The notes beneath the pieces are model-generated. The model did not search any database. It was not told where the DNA came from and was given only the letters and a program-made list of their open reading frames with translations. A stretch of DNA of 62,231 bases, counting the filler, from Vannella sp. (lineage: Eukaryota), in assembly GCA_023345925.1 (NCBI GenBank). It is 6 parts of 6 records of this genome, joined end to end, with 100 filler letters (N's around TTAATTAATTAA, not from the genome) between each part and the next. Parts side by side here need not be neighbours in the genome. Positions count along the whole stretch, not along the records: positions 1 to 14,439 come from JAJQQN010000280.1; positions 14,540 to 29,289 come from JAJQQN010000606.1; 4 more parts are not named here. One strand, 5' to 3'. A program made the translations under genes and the position numbers. This document shows, piece after piece, positions 8,611 through 17,286 of this stretch (the first letter of the stretch is position 1; each line of letters opens with the position of its first letter).

Positions 8611-11600
8611 TTAAAGAACGAGAAAATACATCAAGAGGGCTGCCAAGAGAGCAATAAGAACTGATAAGATCAAGCATGGGTTGGCACCTCCCGCTGGTGC
8701 CACTTTGCTTTCCTCTTTGATAGCTCGAGTCTCCTCTTTCACGGGAGCAATAACCGGTTCAACACTGCGGCTCCGAACTTCTTGAGTGTCTTTTGGAGCC
8801 TGATCAATGACCAAGCTCCTCGCCTTTGGCTCTGGTTCCTTGGTAGCTTTCTCTGCTGCCTTGGCACTTGCAGCCTCCTTGGCTGCTTTCTCAGCCTTCT
8901 CCTTTGCGGCTTGGTCGGACTTCTCTTTGGCAATACGAGTGGCCTCTTCTTGCTCCGCCTTTTTCTTGGCGGCTCGATCTGCTTTCTCCTTCGCTGCGCG
9001 CTCTGCTTCCAGCCGGGCTGCTTCAACCTTTGCTGCTTTTTCTTTTGCAAGTCGCTCGGCCTCCAGACGGTTGGCTTCTTTCTTTGCGGCTTTTTCAGCT
9101 CTGAGGCGTTCTTCTTCCTTCTCCTTGGCTACACGTGCTGCCTCTTCCTTGGCAGCCCGTTCTGCTTTCAGGCGGTCCGCTTCTTCTTTGGCTTCCCTCT
9201 CAGCTTTCTCCTTTGCAGCTCGCTCAGCTTCCTGGCGGTTGGCCTCCTCCAACTTAATGGAGCGTTCGGTCTCCTGTGCAAGAAGTGCAGCTTCAGCAGC
9301 CAGACGATCGGCCTCCTCCTTGGCAAATCGCTCTCTTTCTAAACGATCAGCTTCTTCTTTAGCTGCCTTCTCAGCTGCAAGACGGTCGGACTTTTCCTTA
9401 GCAATGCGCTCCGCCTCCTTGCGAGCGGCTTCCTCCTTGGCGACTCGTTCAGCTTCGAGGCGATCAGCTTCCACCTTTGCCACACGCTCTGCCTCCAGTC
9501 GGTCTGCCTTTTCCTTGGAAATGCGTTCGGCCTCAAGTCGGTCAGCCTCTGCCTTGGCAATTCTCTCAGCTTCCAGGCGGTCAGCTTCTTCCTTAGCAAT
9601 ACGCTCGGCTTCCAGGCGATCAGCTTCTTCCTTGGCCGCACGCTCAGCCTCCAATCGATCAGCCTCTTCCTTGGCAATTCGCTCTGCTTCCAGTCGGTCA
9701 GCTTCCTCCTTTGCAACACGATCAGCCTCCTCCTTTGCTACGCGCTCTGCTTCTTCTTTGGCAGCTCGTTCAGCTTCAAGGCGATTGGTCTCTTCCAGCT
9801 TAATAGCTCTCTCAGTCTCCTTAGCAAGTAGTAAAGCTTGGGCAGCAGCTACGCGATCAGCTTCTTCCTTGGCAACTCGCTCGGCTTCCAGTCGATCAGC
9901 CTCTTCCTTGGCAACCCTCTCAGCTTCTAGGCGGTCAGCCTCTTCTTTGGCAATGCGCTCTGCCTCCAATCGATCAGCCTCCTCCTTGGCAACCCGCTCT
10001 GCCTCCAGACGATCAGCCTCTTCCTTGGCAACTCGCTCAGCCTCCAATCGATCAGCTTCTTCCTTGGCAACTCTCTGTGCTTCCAGGCGATCAGCCTCCT
10101 CCTTGGCCACGCGCTCAGCCTCCAGTCGATCAGCTTCTTCCTTGGCAATTCTCTCAGCCTCCAGTCGATCAGCTTCCTTGGCCACACGCTCAGCCTCCAA
10201 TCGATCAGCTTCTTCCTTGGCAACGCGCTCAGCTTCCAGTCGGTCAGCTTCCTCCTTTGCCACGCGCGCAGCCTCCAGGCGGTCGGCCTCTTCTTTGGCG
10301 ACTCTTTCTGCCTCCAGACGATCAGCTTCCTCTTTAGCAACTCGCTCAGCCTCCAGTCGGTCAGCCTCTTCCTTGGCAACCCGTTCAGCCTCTAGGCGTT
10401 CAGCTTCTTCCTTGGCAACACGCTCAGCCTCTAGTCGGTCAGCCTCTTCTTTAGCAACCCGTTCCGCCTCCAGTCGATCAGCTTCTTCTTTGGCAACTCG
10501 CTCAGCCTCCAAACGATCAGCTTCTTCCTTGGCCACACGCTCAGCTTCCAGTCGGTCAGCTTCTTCTTTGGCAACACGCTCAGCCTCCAGTCGGTCAGCT
10601 TCTTCTTTGGCAATACGCTCAGCTTCCAGTCGGTCAGCTTCTTCTTTGGCAACACGCTCAGTTTCCAGTCGGTCAGCTTCCTCCTTGGCAACCCGATCAG
10701 CCTCTTCCTTGGCTACTCGCTCAGCCTCCAGTCAGTCAGCCTCCTCTTTAGCAACCCGCTCGGCCTCGAGGCGGTCAGCCTCTTCTTTAGCGACCCGTTC
10801 CGCTTCCAGGCGATCAGCTTCTTCCTTGGCAACACGCTCAGCATCCAGGCGGTCAGCTTCCTCCTTTGCAACTCTGGCAGCTTCCAGACGGTTAGCCTCT
10901 TCCTTTGCCAAGCGCTCTGCTTCTTCTTTAGCAGCTCGTTCAGCTTCAAGGCGATTGGACTCTTCCAGCTTCAAGGCTCTCTCAGTCTCCTGAGCGAGAA
11001 TCAAAGCTTGGGCTGCAGCTACTCGCTCAGCTTCTTCCTTGGCCAAGCGGTCAGCCTCCTCCTTAGCAACTCTCTCAGCTTCCAGACGGTCAGCCTCCTC
11101 CTTCGCTACTCGCTCAGCTTCAAGTCGATCTGATTCAGCCTTTGCCACTCGTTCAGCCTCAAGGCGATCTGCGTCTTCCTTGGCAGCTCGCTCTACCTCA
11201 AGGCGGTTGGCTTCCTCTTTGGCAACTCGCTCAGCCTCCAAACGCTCAGCCTCCTGTTTGGTAGCCTCTGCCTCTCTTTCTACTACGACTACGGGAACGT
11301 TTCTGGAAGACTGCTCTGCAGCCTCTCGCTCTTTAGCCTCTGCAGCCGCGTTCTCTCGAGCAATCTGCTCCAACTCACGCTTCTCATTCAGACGTTGCTG
11401 TTCAGATGACTGGTCTTCTGAAGATGAAGCGTCCACAGGTGAGAACGACATCTCAGAGACCTCTGGCTCTTCGTCTGACAGTTCTTCGTCATCTGCTACT
11501 TCCTCACGCGTATCCCGAGACTTCTTGCGTGAGTGGCTGAAGGGGTTGAGAGACATCCTCTTCTTGTGAGTCTTCTCCTCCTCCTTGATGAGGTGGCCAA

Positions 11601-12051
11601 TGATCTTCACGACCCTGTCCTCGTCGACCGCGCTGAGCTCTCTCATGCGGAAGGTTTCGTTGGTGCCATGAGAGATAGCCAACTGTGCTTCGTCTCCCTT
11701 GCCTTTCTTGACCTCCTTGATGTTCTCGCGAAGAAGGGAGCGGACCTCTTCGTTGGAGAGGAAGGCGACGTTCTTCCTTGTGACGATGAGCTCTCCCTCC
11801 ACGTAGGCTCCCGTCTTCTCGTTGAAGACAGAGCAGTTTGCGATAAGGCGGATCATCATTGGGGTATCAGGCGGCAGCTTGAAGGCGGCCACGACCTTCT
11901 CCCGATACTCGTTCTCGACCTCGGGTGTGTACTTGACCGTTCCCTTCTTCTCTGAGAAGACACCCATCATGTGCCCCACTTGGCTGACGCCTCCAGCAAC
12001 GATGGAAGTCGGCGCCTTCACGATGCTCTTGAGTTTGCCAAAGCCGGGCAT
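8611..12051 (-). CDS. Tail-anchored protein: GRAM/PH-like N-terminus, long E/A/R/K 13-aa repeat rod, C-terminal TM; one in-frame TGA at 10732-10734
   Basis: ORFs 10732-12051 and 8611-10536 are in the same frame. N-terminal [22 protein letters not shown] resembles GRAM; the repeat is [13 protein letters not shown]; the hydrophobic end is [21 protein letters not shown]. Confidence 0.75.
8900..11260 (-). repeat. Coding tandem repeat, 39-bp/13-aa unit ([13 protein letters not shown]), with a recurring [20 protein letters not shown] spacer
   Basis: Dozens of degenerate copies are visible. The spacer recurs near 9240-9300, 9780-9850 and 10940-11030. Confidence 0.9.
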
Positions 12052-12142
12052 GACAAAATAACCCTCTGACGATCAATATATGTCGAAAATTATGCAAACT
12101 TCGTTGAGCAGAGAGAAAGAAAATCCACGAGCGAAGGAACCC

Positions 12143-12233
12143 TTCCAAAACTCGTGTTTACGTAGAGTGTCCGGATGACCTCCATCTCTTCAGGATAAGC
12201 TTTTGAGCTGATTTCATTTTTTGAGTTTTGGGT
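12143..12233 (-). repeat. Dispersed ~91-bp non-coding element, copy 1
   Basis: Its reverse complement matches 13066-13156 with 3 mismatches over 91 nt. Ends are CCAAAACTC...GAGTTTTGG. Confidence 0.9.
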
Positions 12234-12336
12234 TCTCCAAAAGAGGGGAAATACCCTCGCCGGTTCTCATGTGTTCTGCCAGCAATGAAGAACAATTCCC
12301 GAAAAATGAGGCTAAAATGCAAGGGCCTCCATTTCT

Positions 12337-12936
12337 ATGGAACACATCAGGTGCCGGGTTGTAGGGGATGAAGGGGTGGGGAAGACGAGTGCGATAATGT
12401 CTTACTTCAACTTTGTATTCCCGGGAGAAAATGTTCCGAAAGTCCTTGACCTCCCTGCAGTGTATGTGACAGTGGACAGCAAGGGTATCGCCCTCACCGT
12501 AAAGGATTCTGAAGGTGAGGAGCCACAGCGACCTTTCTCAAACGCTGAAACGGAGGTGTTGGTTATCTTCTATTCTGTGACGAGCCGAGAGAGCTGGGAG
12601 AACATCAAGACCAAGTGGTATCCAGTGGCCCGCCGTTTTGGAGTACCCTTCCTGCTTGTTGGGACAAAGAGCGATTGGCCCAAGGTTGAGGACGATGCTA
12701 TCATCATCGAGAGAGTGTCAGAGATCTCCACTGTAACTGAACAAGAAAGGGAACGCTTGGCAATCAAGTTGGGAGCGCAAAAGTCCATGGAATGCTCCGC
12801 TCTCACCCAGAAGGGACTCATGCAAGTCTTTGACGAAGCCATTCGAGCAGTTGTAATCAGAAAGTCCGAGAAGCCAAAGAGCAAATCCATTCTACCTTCG
12901 CTCTCACGAAAGCGGAAGGAATGCCAAGTTGATTGA
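12337..12936 (+). CDS. Atypical Rho/Rac-family GTPase
   Basis: VVGDEGVGKT, FPGENVPKVLD, ENIKTKWYP, LVGTKSD, MECSALTQKGLMQVFDEAIRAV; ends CQVD; intronless. Confidence 0.85.
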   Translation: MEHIRCRVVGDEGVGKTSAIMSYFNFVFPGENVPKVLDLPAVYVTVDSKGIALTVKDSEGEEPQRPFSNAETEVLVIFYSVTSRESWENIKTKWYPVARRFGVPFLLVGTKSDWPKVEDDAIIIERVSEISTVTEQERERLAIKLGAQKSMECSALTQKGLMQVFDEAIRAVVIRKSEKPKSKSILPSLSRKRKECQVD

Positions 12937-13065
12937 AACGATAAACGGACAGGTTTCCTGATCCTAACCCGGATCCAGTAGTTCTCCGGTCAACGGAGGC
13001 CAGCGGACGTGGTAGAACCAAACTCTCAAAAGAAACGAGAGGCATTTCAATCGGTCCTTTGAAGC

Positions 13066-13156
13066 ACCCAAAACTCAAAAAATGAAATGAGCCCAAAAGC
13101 TTATCCTGAAGAGATGGAGGTCATCGGGACACTCTACGTAAACACGAGTTTTGGAA
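13066..13156 (+). repeat. Dispersed ~91-bp non-coding element, copy 2 (inverted relative to copy 1)
   Basis: Matches copy 1. Internal 9-bp terminal inverted repeat at 13068-13076 and 13146-13154. Confidence 0.9.
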
Positions 13157-13242
13157 CCTCTTCCCCTTCAACCCCTTTTTGTGTTGATGTCCCTGCTTCT
13201 CTCTTTTGATTGTGCGAACTAATAAAAGCCTCTTTCCACATT

Positions 13243-13851
13243 ATGCGATCCTTGAGGAGCATCAAGTGTGTGATGGTTGGGGATGACAAGGTTGGGAAGA
13301 CTTGTTTGGCAATCTCCTACACTACGAACGCCTTCCCTGGAGATTACGTTCCGATAGTGTTTGACACCTACTCGGCGAATGTGATGGTGGACAACACGCT
13401 AGTTAGCGTTGGTATCTGGGAAACATCGAGAGCGGGAGAGGATCACGACCTCCGTCGACCTCTATTGTACCCTGGAACGAGCGTGTTCCTCCTTTGCTAT
13501 TCTGATCGAAGAAGCTGGGAGAACATCAGGACAAAGTGGCATCCAGAGATCTCCCATCACTGCCCGGGAACACCCTTCCTGCTTGTCGGGTTGCAGAGAG
13601 ACGCGAATGACCCTGATGATGAACTCATCTCCGAAAGAGTGTTAGAGACCTCCGGTGTGACTCAAGAAGAAGGCCAAGAGTTGGCCAACACGTTGGGAGC
13701 GCACAGGTTCATGGAGTGCTCGGCTCTCACTCAGGAAGGAGTGAAAGCAGTCTTTGACGAAGCCTTTCTCGTGGGTTTGGCTCATTCAGAGCAAGCCAAG
13801 CCAAAGAACAAATCTGTTTTGTCTGCGTTGTTCTCTCCCTGGAAGAGATGA
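13243..13851 (+). CDS. Atypical Rac-like GTPase
   Basis: [65 protein letters not shown]3 and G4 are altered (WETSRAGED, GLQRD); no CaaX; intronless. Confidence 0.85.
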   Translation: MRSLRSIKCVMVGDDKVGKTCLAISYTTNAFPGDYVPIVFDTYSANVMVDNTLVSVGIWETSRAGEDHDLRRPLLYPGTSVFLLCYSDRRSWENIRTKWHPEISHHCPGTPFLLVGLQRDANDPDDELISERVLETSGVTQEEGQELANTLGAHRFMECSALTQEGVKAVFDEAFLVGLAHSEQAKPKNKSVLSALFSPWKR

Positions 13852-14439
13852 CAGAATCATCAAGGAGAGGATCCACCGCCACTCAACGAGCATTATTGTC
13901 TTATGAATGATGAAAGGAATACCATTTGTTGGCCATCTCGTCTCCTGGTGTGGTCGTTGGGAGTAGCTAATGATCCATTTGCCTCAAACAGTACCTTATA
14001 GATGGAGTAGCCCTCTTCTCGTGGTCTCTGAACTTTGAAGGAGAGTAAGAGTGAGCCAGCATCGGATGTAAGTGAAAGGGAATACAACCAACAACCTTCT
14101 AAGCATACTATGTATGACTAAGGATCCAGCTAGTAGAAAGAGAAAAGAGTCTTCGAAGATGGCGTGTGAAAATTGTAAAACCCTCTCGTTCTTGAAAGCC
14201 GGAGTTCGAGCGTCACGCAAACATCCTATGAGCCTCCGAGTGAGCTATTCCGGGGCTCTGATGGGTGGAATAGGAGTATTTATGTGTTTTGAGGGGAGAA
14301 CAATCAACACGAAACGAATTTGCTCTTTGACTTGGTTTCCTTCGAATGAGACAGACCCACACGAATGGCTTCGTCAAAGACTTCTTTAAGTCCTTTTTGG
14401 GTGAAAGCTGAACACTCTATCAGCTTGTGTGCTCCTGTT

Positions 14440-14539
14440 NNNNNNNNNNNNNNNNNNNNNNNNNNNNNNNNNNNNNNNNNNNNTTAATTAATTAANNNNN
14501 NNNNNNNNNNNNNNNNNNNNNNNNNNNNNNNNNNNNNNN
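14440..14539. other. Artificial contig linker (N44-TTAATTAATTAA-N44)
   Basis: An identical 100-nt construct recurs five times. The 12-mer has stop codons in all six frames. Confidence 0.98.
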
Positions 14540-14543
14540 ATAG

Positions 14544-15104
14544 TCTAAATACATCGAAACGTTGCTGGCGAAGGCCGAGCAACGAAAGTTTGAGCTCGAG
14601 CGTGCCAAGGAGGTTCAGATCTTGAAGCAGATCGAAGCTGAGAAGGAAGTCTTTGGGGAAATGCCTCAGTACACGACCAGCAAGTACAAGGAACACCTCC
14701 AAGAGCGCAAACAATGGGAGGACAAACAAGACCGTTTGGACTCGCTTGATCAAGACGTTACCACGCGGGACATGTCCGCCTTTCACTATGCAAACTATGC
14801 CAACCGCATTGGTGATCGTTTGGCAGACTCTGATCCTCTGAAGGTTGCTGAAGGACTGAAAACAGCTTCCTTGGAGTTACCTGGCGCCCTGCCTTCAGGG
14901 GTGACCAGTGCTGGAGTTGAGAAAGCCTCCAAACCAGACATTACAGTTGTACTCCGACCTGGAGAGGCTCCGCAACGCGTGGGACCCGCTAAAGAGGAGG
15001 AACCTGAAGTTGCTCGTCCATTGACTCGTGCAGAGAAGGTAGAGGCTGCCAGAGAGCGATACTTTGCTCGAAAGGCAAAGAAACAGGCTCAATCGGCTCG
15101 ATAA
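14544..15104 (+). CDS. NSRP1/CCDC55-like nuclear speckle splicing regulator (5' truncated at contig edge)
   Basis: SKYIETLLAKAEQRKFE...FGEMPQYTTSKYKEHLQER and C-terminal AARERYFARK resemble the conserved CCDC55 segments. Confidence 0.7.
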   Translation, partial: SKYIETLLAKAEQRKFELERAKEVQILKQIEAEKEVFGEMPQYTTSKYKEHLQERKQWEDKQDRLDSLDQDVTTRDMSAFHYANYANRIGDRLADSDPLKVAEGLKTASLELPGALPSGVTSAGVEKASKPDITVVLRPGEAPQRVGPAKEEEPEVARPLTRAEKVEAARERYFARKAKKQAQSAR

Positions 15105-15159
15105 ACCAAAGCTTTCTCAAGCTACATCCGACTTTGGGAAGACTCGATCGAAGGAGGGT

Positions 15160-15567
15160 TTATACACTCCCACCAACCTCCTCCTTGGCTGGTGTACCCA
15201 GCTGATGCTCTGAAAGGATGGTTCGCATGTGGTTGTTCTCATTCCGCTCAGCGGCGAGCATGATCTCCAACTCCTCAAGGCGGAGAGTGCGCAGCTCCAA
15301 GTCGCGGCTTAGGTTGGACATTTGGCCCTTCATTTTGAAGACGTACAAGAGAAAGAAGGTGCTCATGAGGATCGTGACAAACGACGGGCCATTGTCGTTA
15401 TCCCGTGTTGTTTTGGGCGATGCGGGCTGAGGCGGTGAGGAGAGTTGGTACTTCAGCGCTTTCGCTGTTTCGCTCTCTGTCCCTGTGACATGCACTCCCT
15501 TAAATGTGCGGCATTGGGTCCTCCACCCACGAAGCAGAAGATGCCTTGCTGCCAAAGGCGGTCGCAT
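15160..15567 (-). CDS. Small hypothetical single-TM protein, possibly mitochondrial
   Basis: Arg/Leu-rich N-terminus lacking acidic residues, one hydrophobic helix, then a short coiled coil. Confidence 0.5.
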   Translation of the reverse strand: MRPPLAARHLLLRGWRTQCRTFKGVHVTGTESETAKALKYQLSSPPQPASPKTTRDNDNGPSFVTILMSTFFLLYVFKMKGQMSNLSRDLELRTLRLEELEIMLAAERNENNHMRTILSEHQLGTPAKEEVGGSV

Positions 15568-15700
15568 CAATAAATGACCTTACGACCTATCTCAGAATCA
15601 TAAAATCGATTGGTTTTAGGAAGTGAATAGCAGTTTTCTTCAGAACGATAGATCGCTTCTGATTGGTCCATCTTAGAAAGGCATTTCCCCTTTCCTGAGG

Positions 15701-17254
15701 ATGGGGAAATGTGTTCGTCCGAAGTCATTCTTGTTTGCCTGGTTGATGGTGCTGGTGACGATCTGCTCGCAGAGCTTGATTGAGGAGTGCGAACTGGTTG
15801 GAAAGACTCTGCAGGAGTTGAAGAGTGTGGTGAGCGACTTTACGGGAGTTCCCATGAGTAGGCAGCTGCTGGAAGGACTACCTCTGGCAGAGAGCCAGCA
15901 TGTGACGTTGGAAAGTCTCTTCCCTGACGGGTTTGCTTTTCTCAACGTGATTGACGCTGGGTTTGAGATTGCCCCTTCTCTTTCTCCTTCTCCCCCTTCA
16001 ACAACAACACTGCCTCCTTCTTCTGCATTGCCTCCTGTCAGTGGGATCGCTCGGTCTCAGGAGGCTGAGTACCAAAGAGCCCTTCGTGGGGGAACTTTGA
16101 GCTCGATTGGGAATGGGTGGGAGGCTCAAAGTAGCTCGCTGGTCCCTCAACACTCCGATTTCTACTCTCAAACAACCGAAGGGCAACTCATAACCTTCCT
16201 CAGGTTCGTAATCATGCAGGAATGGACTTCTTCGCTCATCATTAGCAGCTCTTTGCCCCTTCGAAGAGGAGCTAGTCAAGAGATTCCCATCCACTTTGTC
16301 TCAGAACCAATCCACGCCCTGATCACTCGATCAGAACGCCAAAGGAAGCCGATTCTGGCCTTTCCAGCAAACCCTAACTGTGATAGTACCCAAGCCTTCT
16401 CTTTGTAGGCACTCTCTTCCCTGGATGGCAATCTTAATCACACTAATACTCACATCATTGCTAGAGGCACTCTGAGTACTCAAGGAGTGTATGACTTTGT
16501 GAACGAAAATTTTCTGTGCTGGACGGGTGTGATGGACTCTGCTGGTGAAGAGAACTTGAAGCGCATTGTTAATATCCATAACGTTACTCCTTTACTTATC
16601 GTCCTTGCGAAGTACCCTCAATCGGGAGATGTTGTGATCACTCAAACCCTTGTGGGTCTGAAAGACCCGGATCAATTCATTATTGACCTCATTGGTGCTC
16701 TCGATCGTTACCAAGAGCAAGCAAATGCCATCACACAACCGTCAGAGAGCCAACTATTGCGAGAGGAACAAAACCGAGCCTACCAAGACTCTCTTGAGCA
16801 GGACCGGCTGAAAGCCCTCCAAGCTGAAGCCGCTCAAGCGGCCATTTTTGCTTCTCAACTTGCAAAAGAAGAGGAGAGGATGGCTGTAGAAAGCTCAAAG
16901 CAAGAGCAAATGGCGTTGATAGTGTCCGCCATTCCACAGGAACCCGAAATATCTGAACCAGACATCACGCAACTTGTTGTCCGCTTCCCAAATGGAAAGC
17001 GTCTTGAACGGCGATTCCGGCAAACAGACACACTTCAAGTAAGTCTCCTTTTCCCCCAACCCAAAGCTTGCCCTCACGAAGGTCCAAAGAATGTTCGGGA
17101 CTTTGTCTTATCCAAGGCAGATGAAACTGGATTTGCTGATTCTCACTTTAACTTGACCAACACCTTCCCAAGGCAAGTGCATCAGAACATGTCTGCTTCC
17201 CTGAAAGAGGCGAAGCTTGAAGGACGCGCCCTTTTGGTGGTGGAAACCCTTTGA
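15701..17254 (+). CDS. UAS-UBX domain p97/Cdc48 adaptor (FAF1/FAF2-like), multi-exon
   Basis: Ubiquitin-like LKSVVSDFTGVPMSRQLLEG; UAS-like VYDFVNENFLCW; coil LREEQNRAYQDSLEQDR; UBX VRFPNGKRLERRF..TFPR. The start and exon limits are approximate. Confidence 0.8.
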
Positions 17255-17286
17255 AAGCGATGGAGGATGGAGAGCACCAGTGAATT

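Noticed and set aside
10732..10734. Genome-wide TGA reassignment
   Set aside because: Only one such case. TGA ends several intact genes (5505, 7171, 12936, 13851) and long conserved ORFs have no internal TGA.
8807..10993. 728-aa Ser/Ala/Arg-rich plus-strand ORF
   Set aside because: Antisense shadow of the [13 protein letters not shown] repeat, whose codons lack reverse-strand stops.
8900..11260. 39-bp periodic array as a possible CRISPR
   Set aside because: No unique spacers, variation mostly at third codon positions, eukaryotic coding context, and no cas genes.
13066..13156. Element as U1 snRNA (CTTATCCTG resembles CTTACCTG)
   Set aside because: The 5' splice-site-pairing sequence is not exact and no U1 stem-loops or Sm site could be recognised.
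13893..14439. Short ORFs at the end of contig 1
   Set aside because: No motifs and non-ATG starts; the region is left unannotated.
1..14439. Contig 1 as a giant-virus or foreign insert because most genes are intronless
   Set aside because: No viral hallmark genes, and it shares the ~90-bp element with the intron-rich contig carrying myosin and Fip1.
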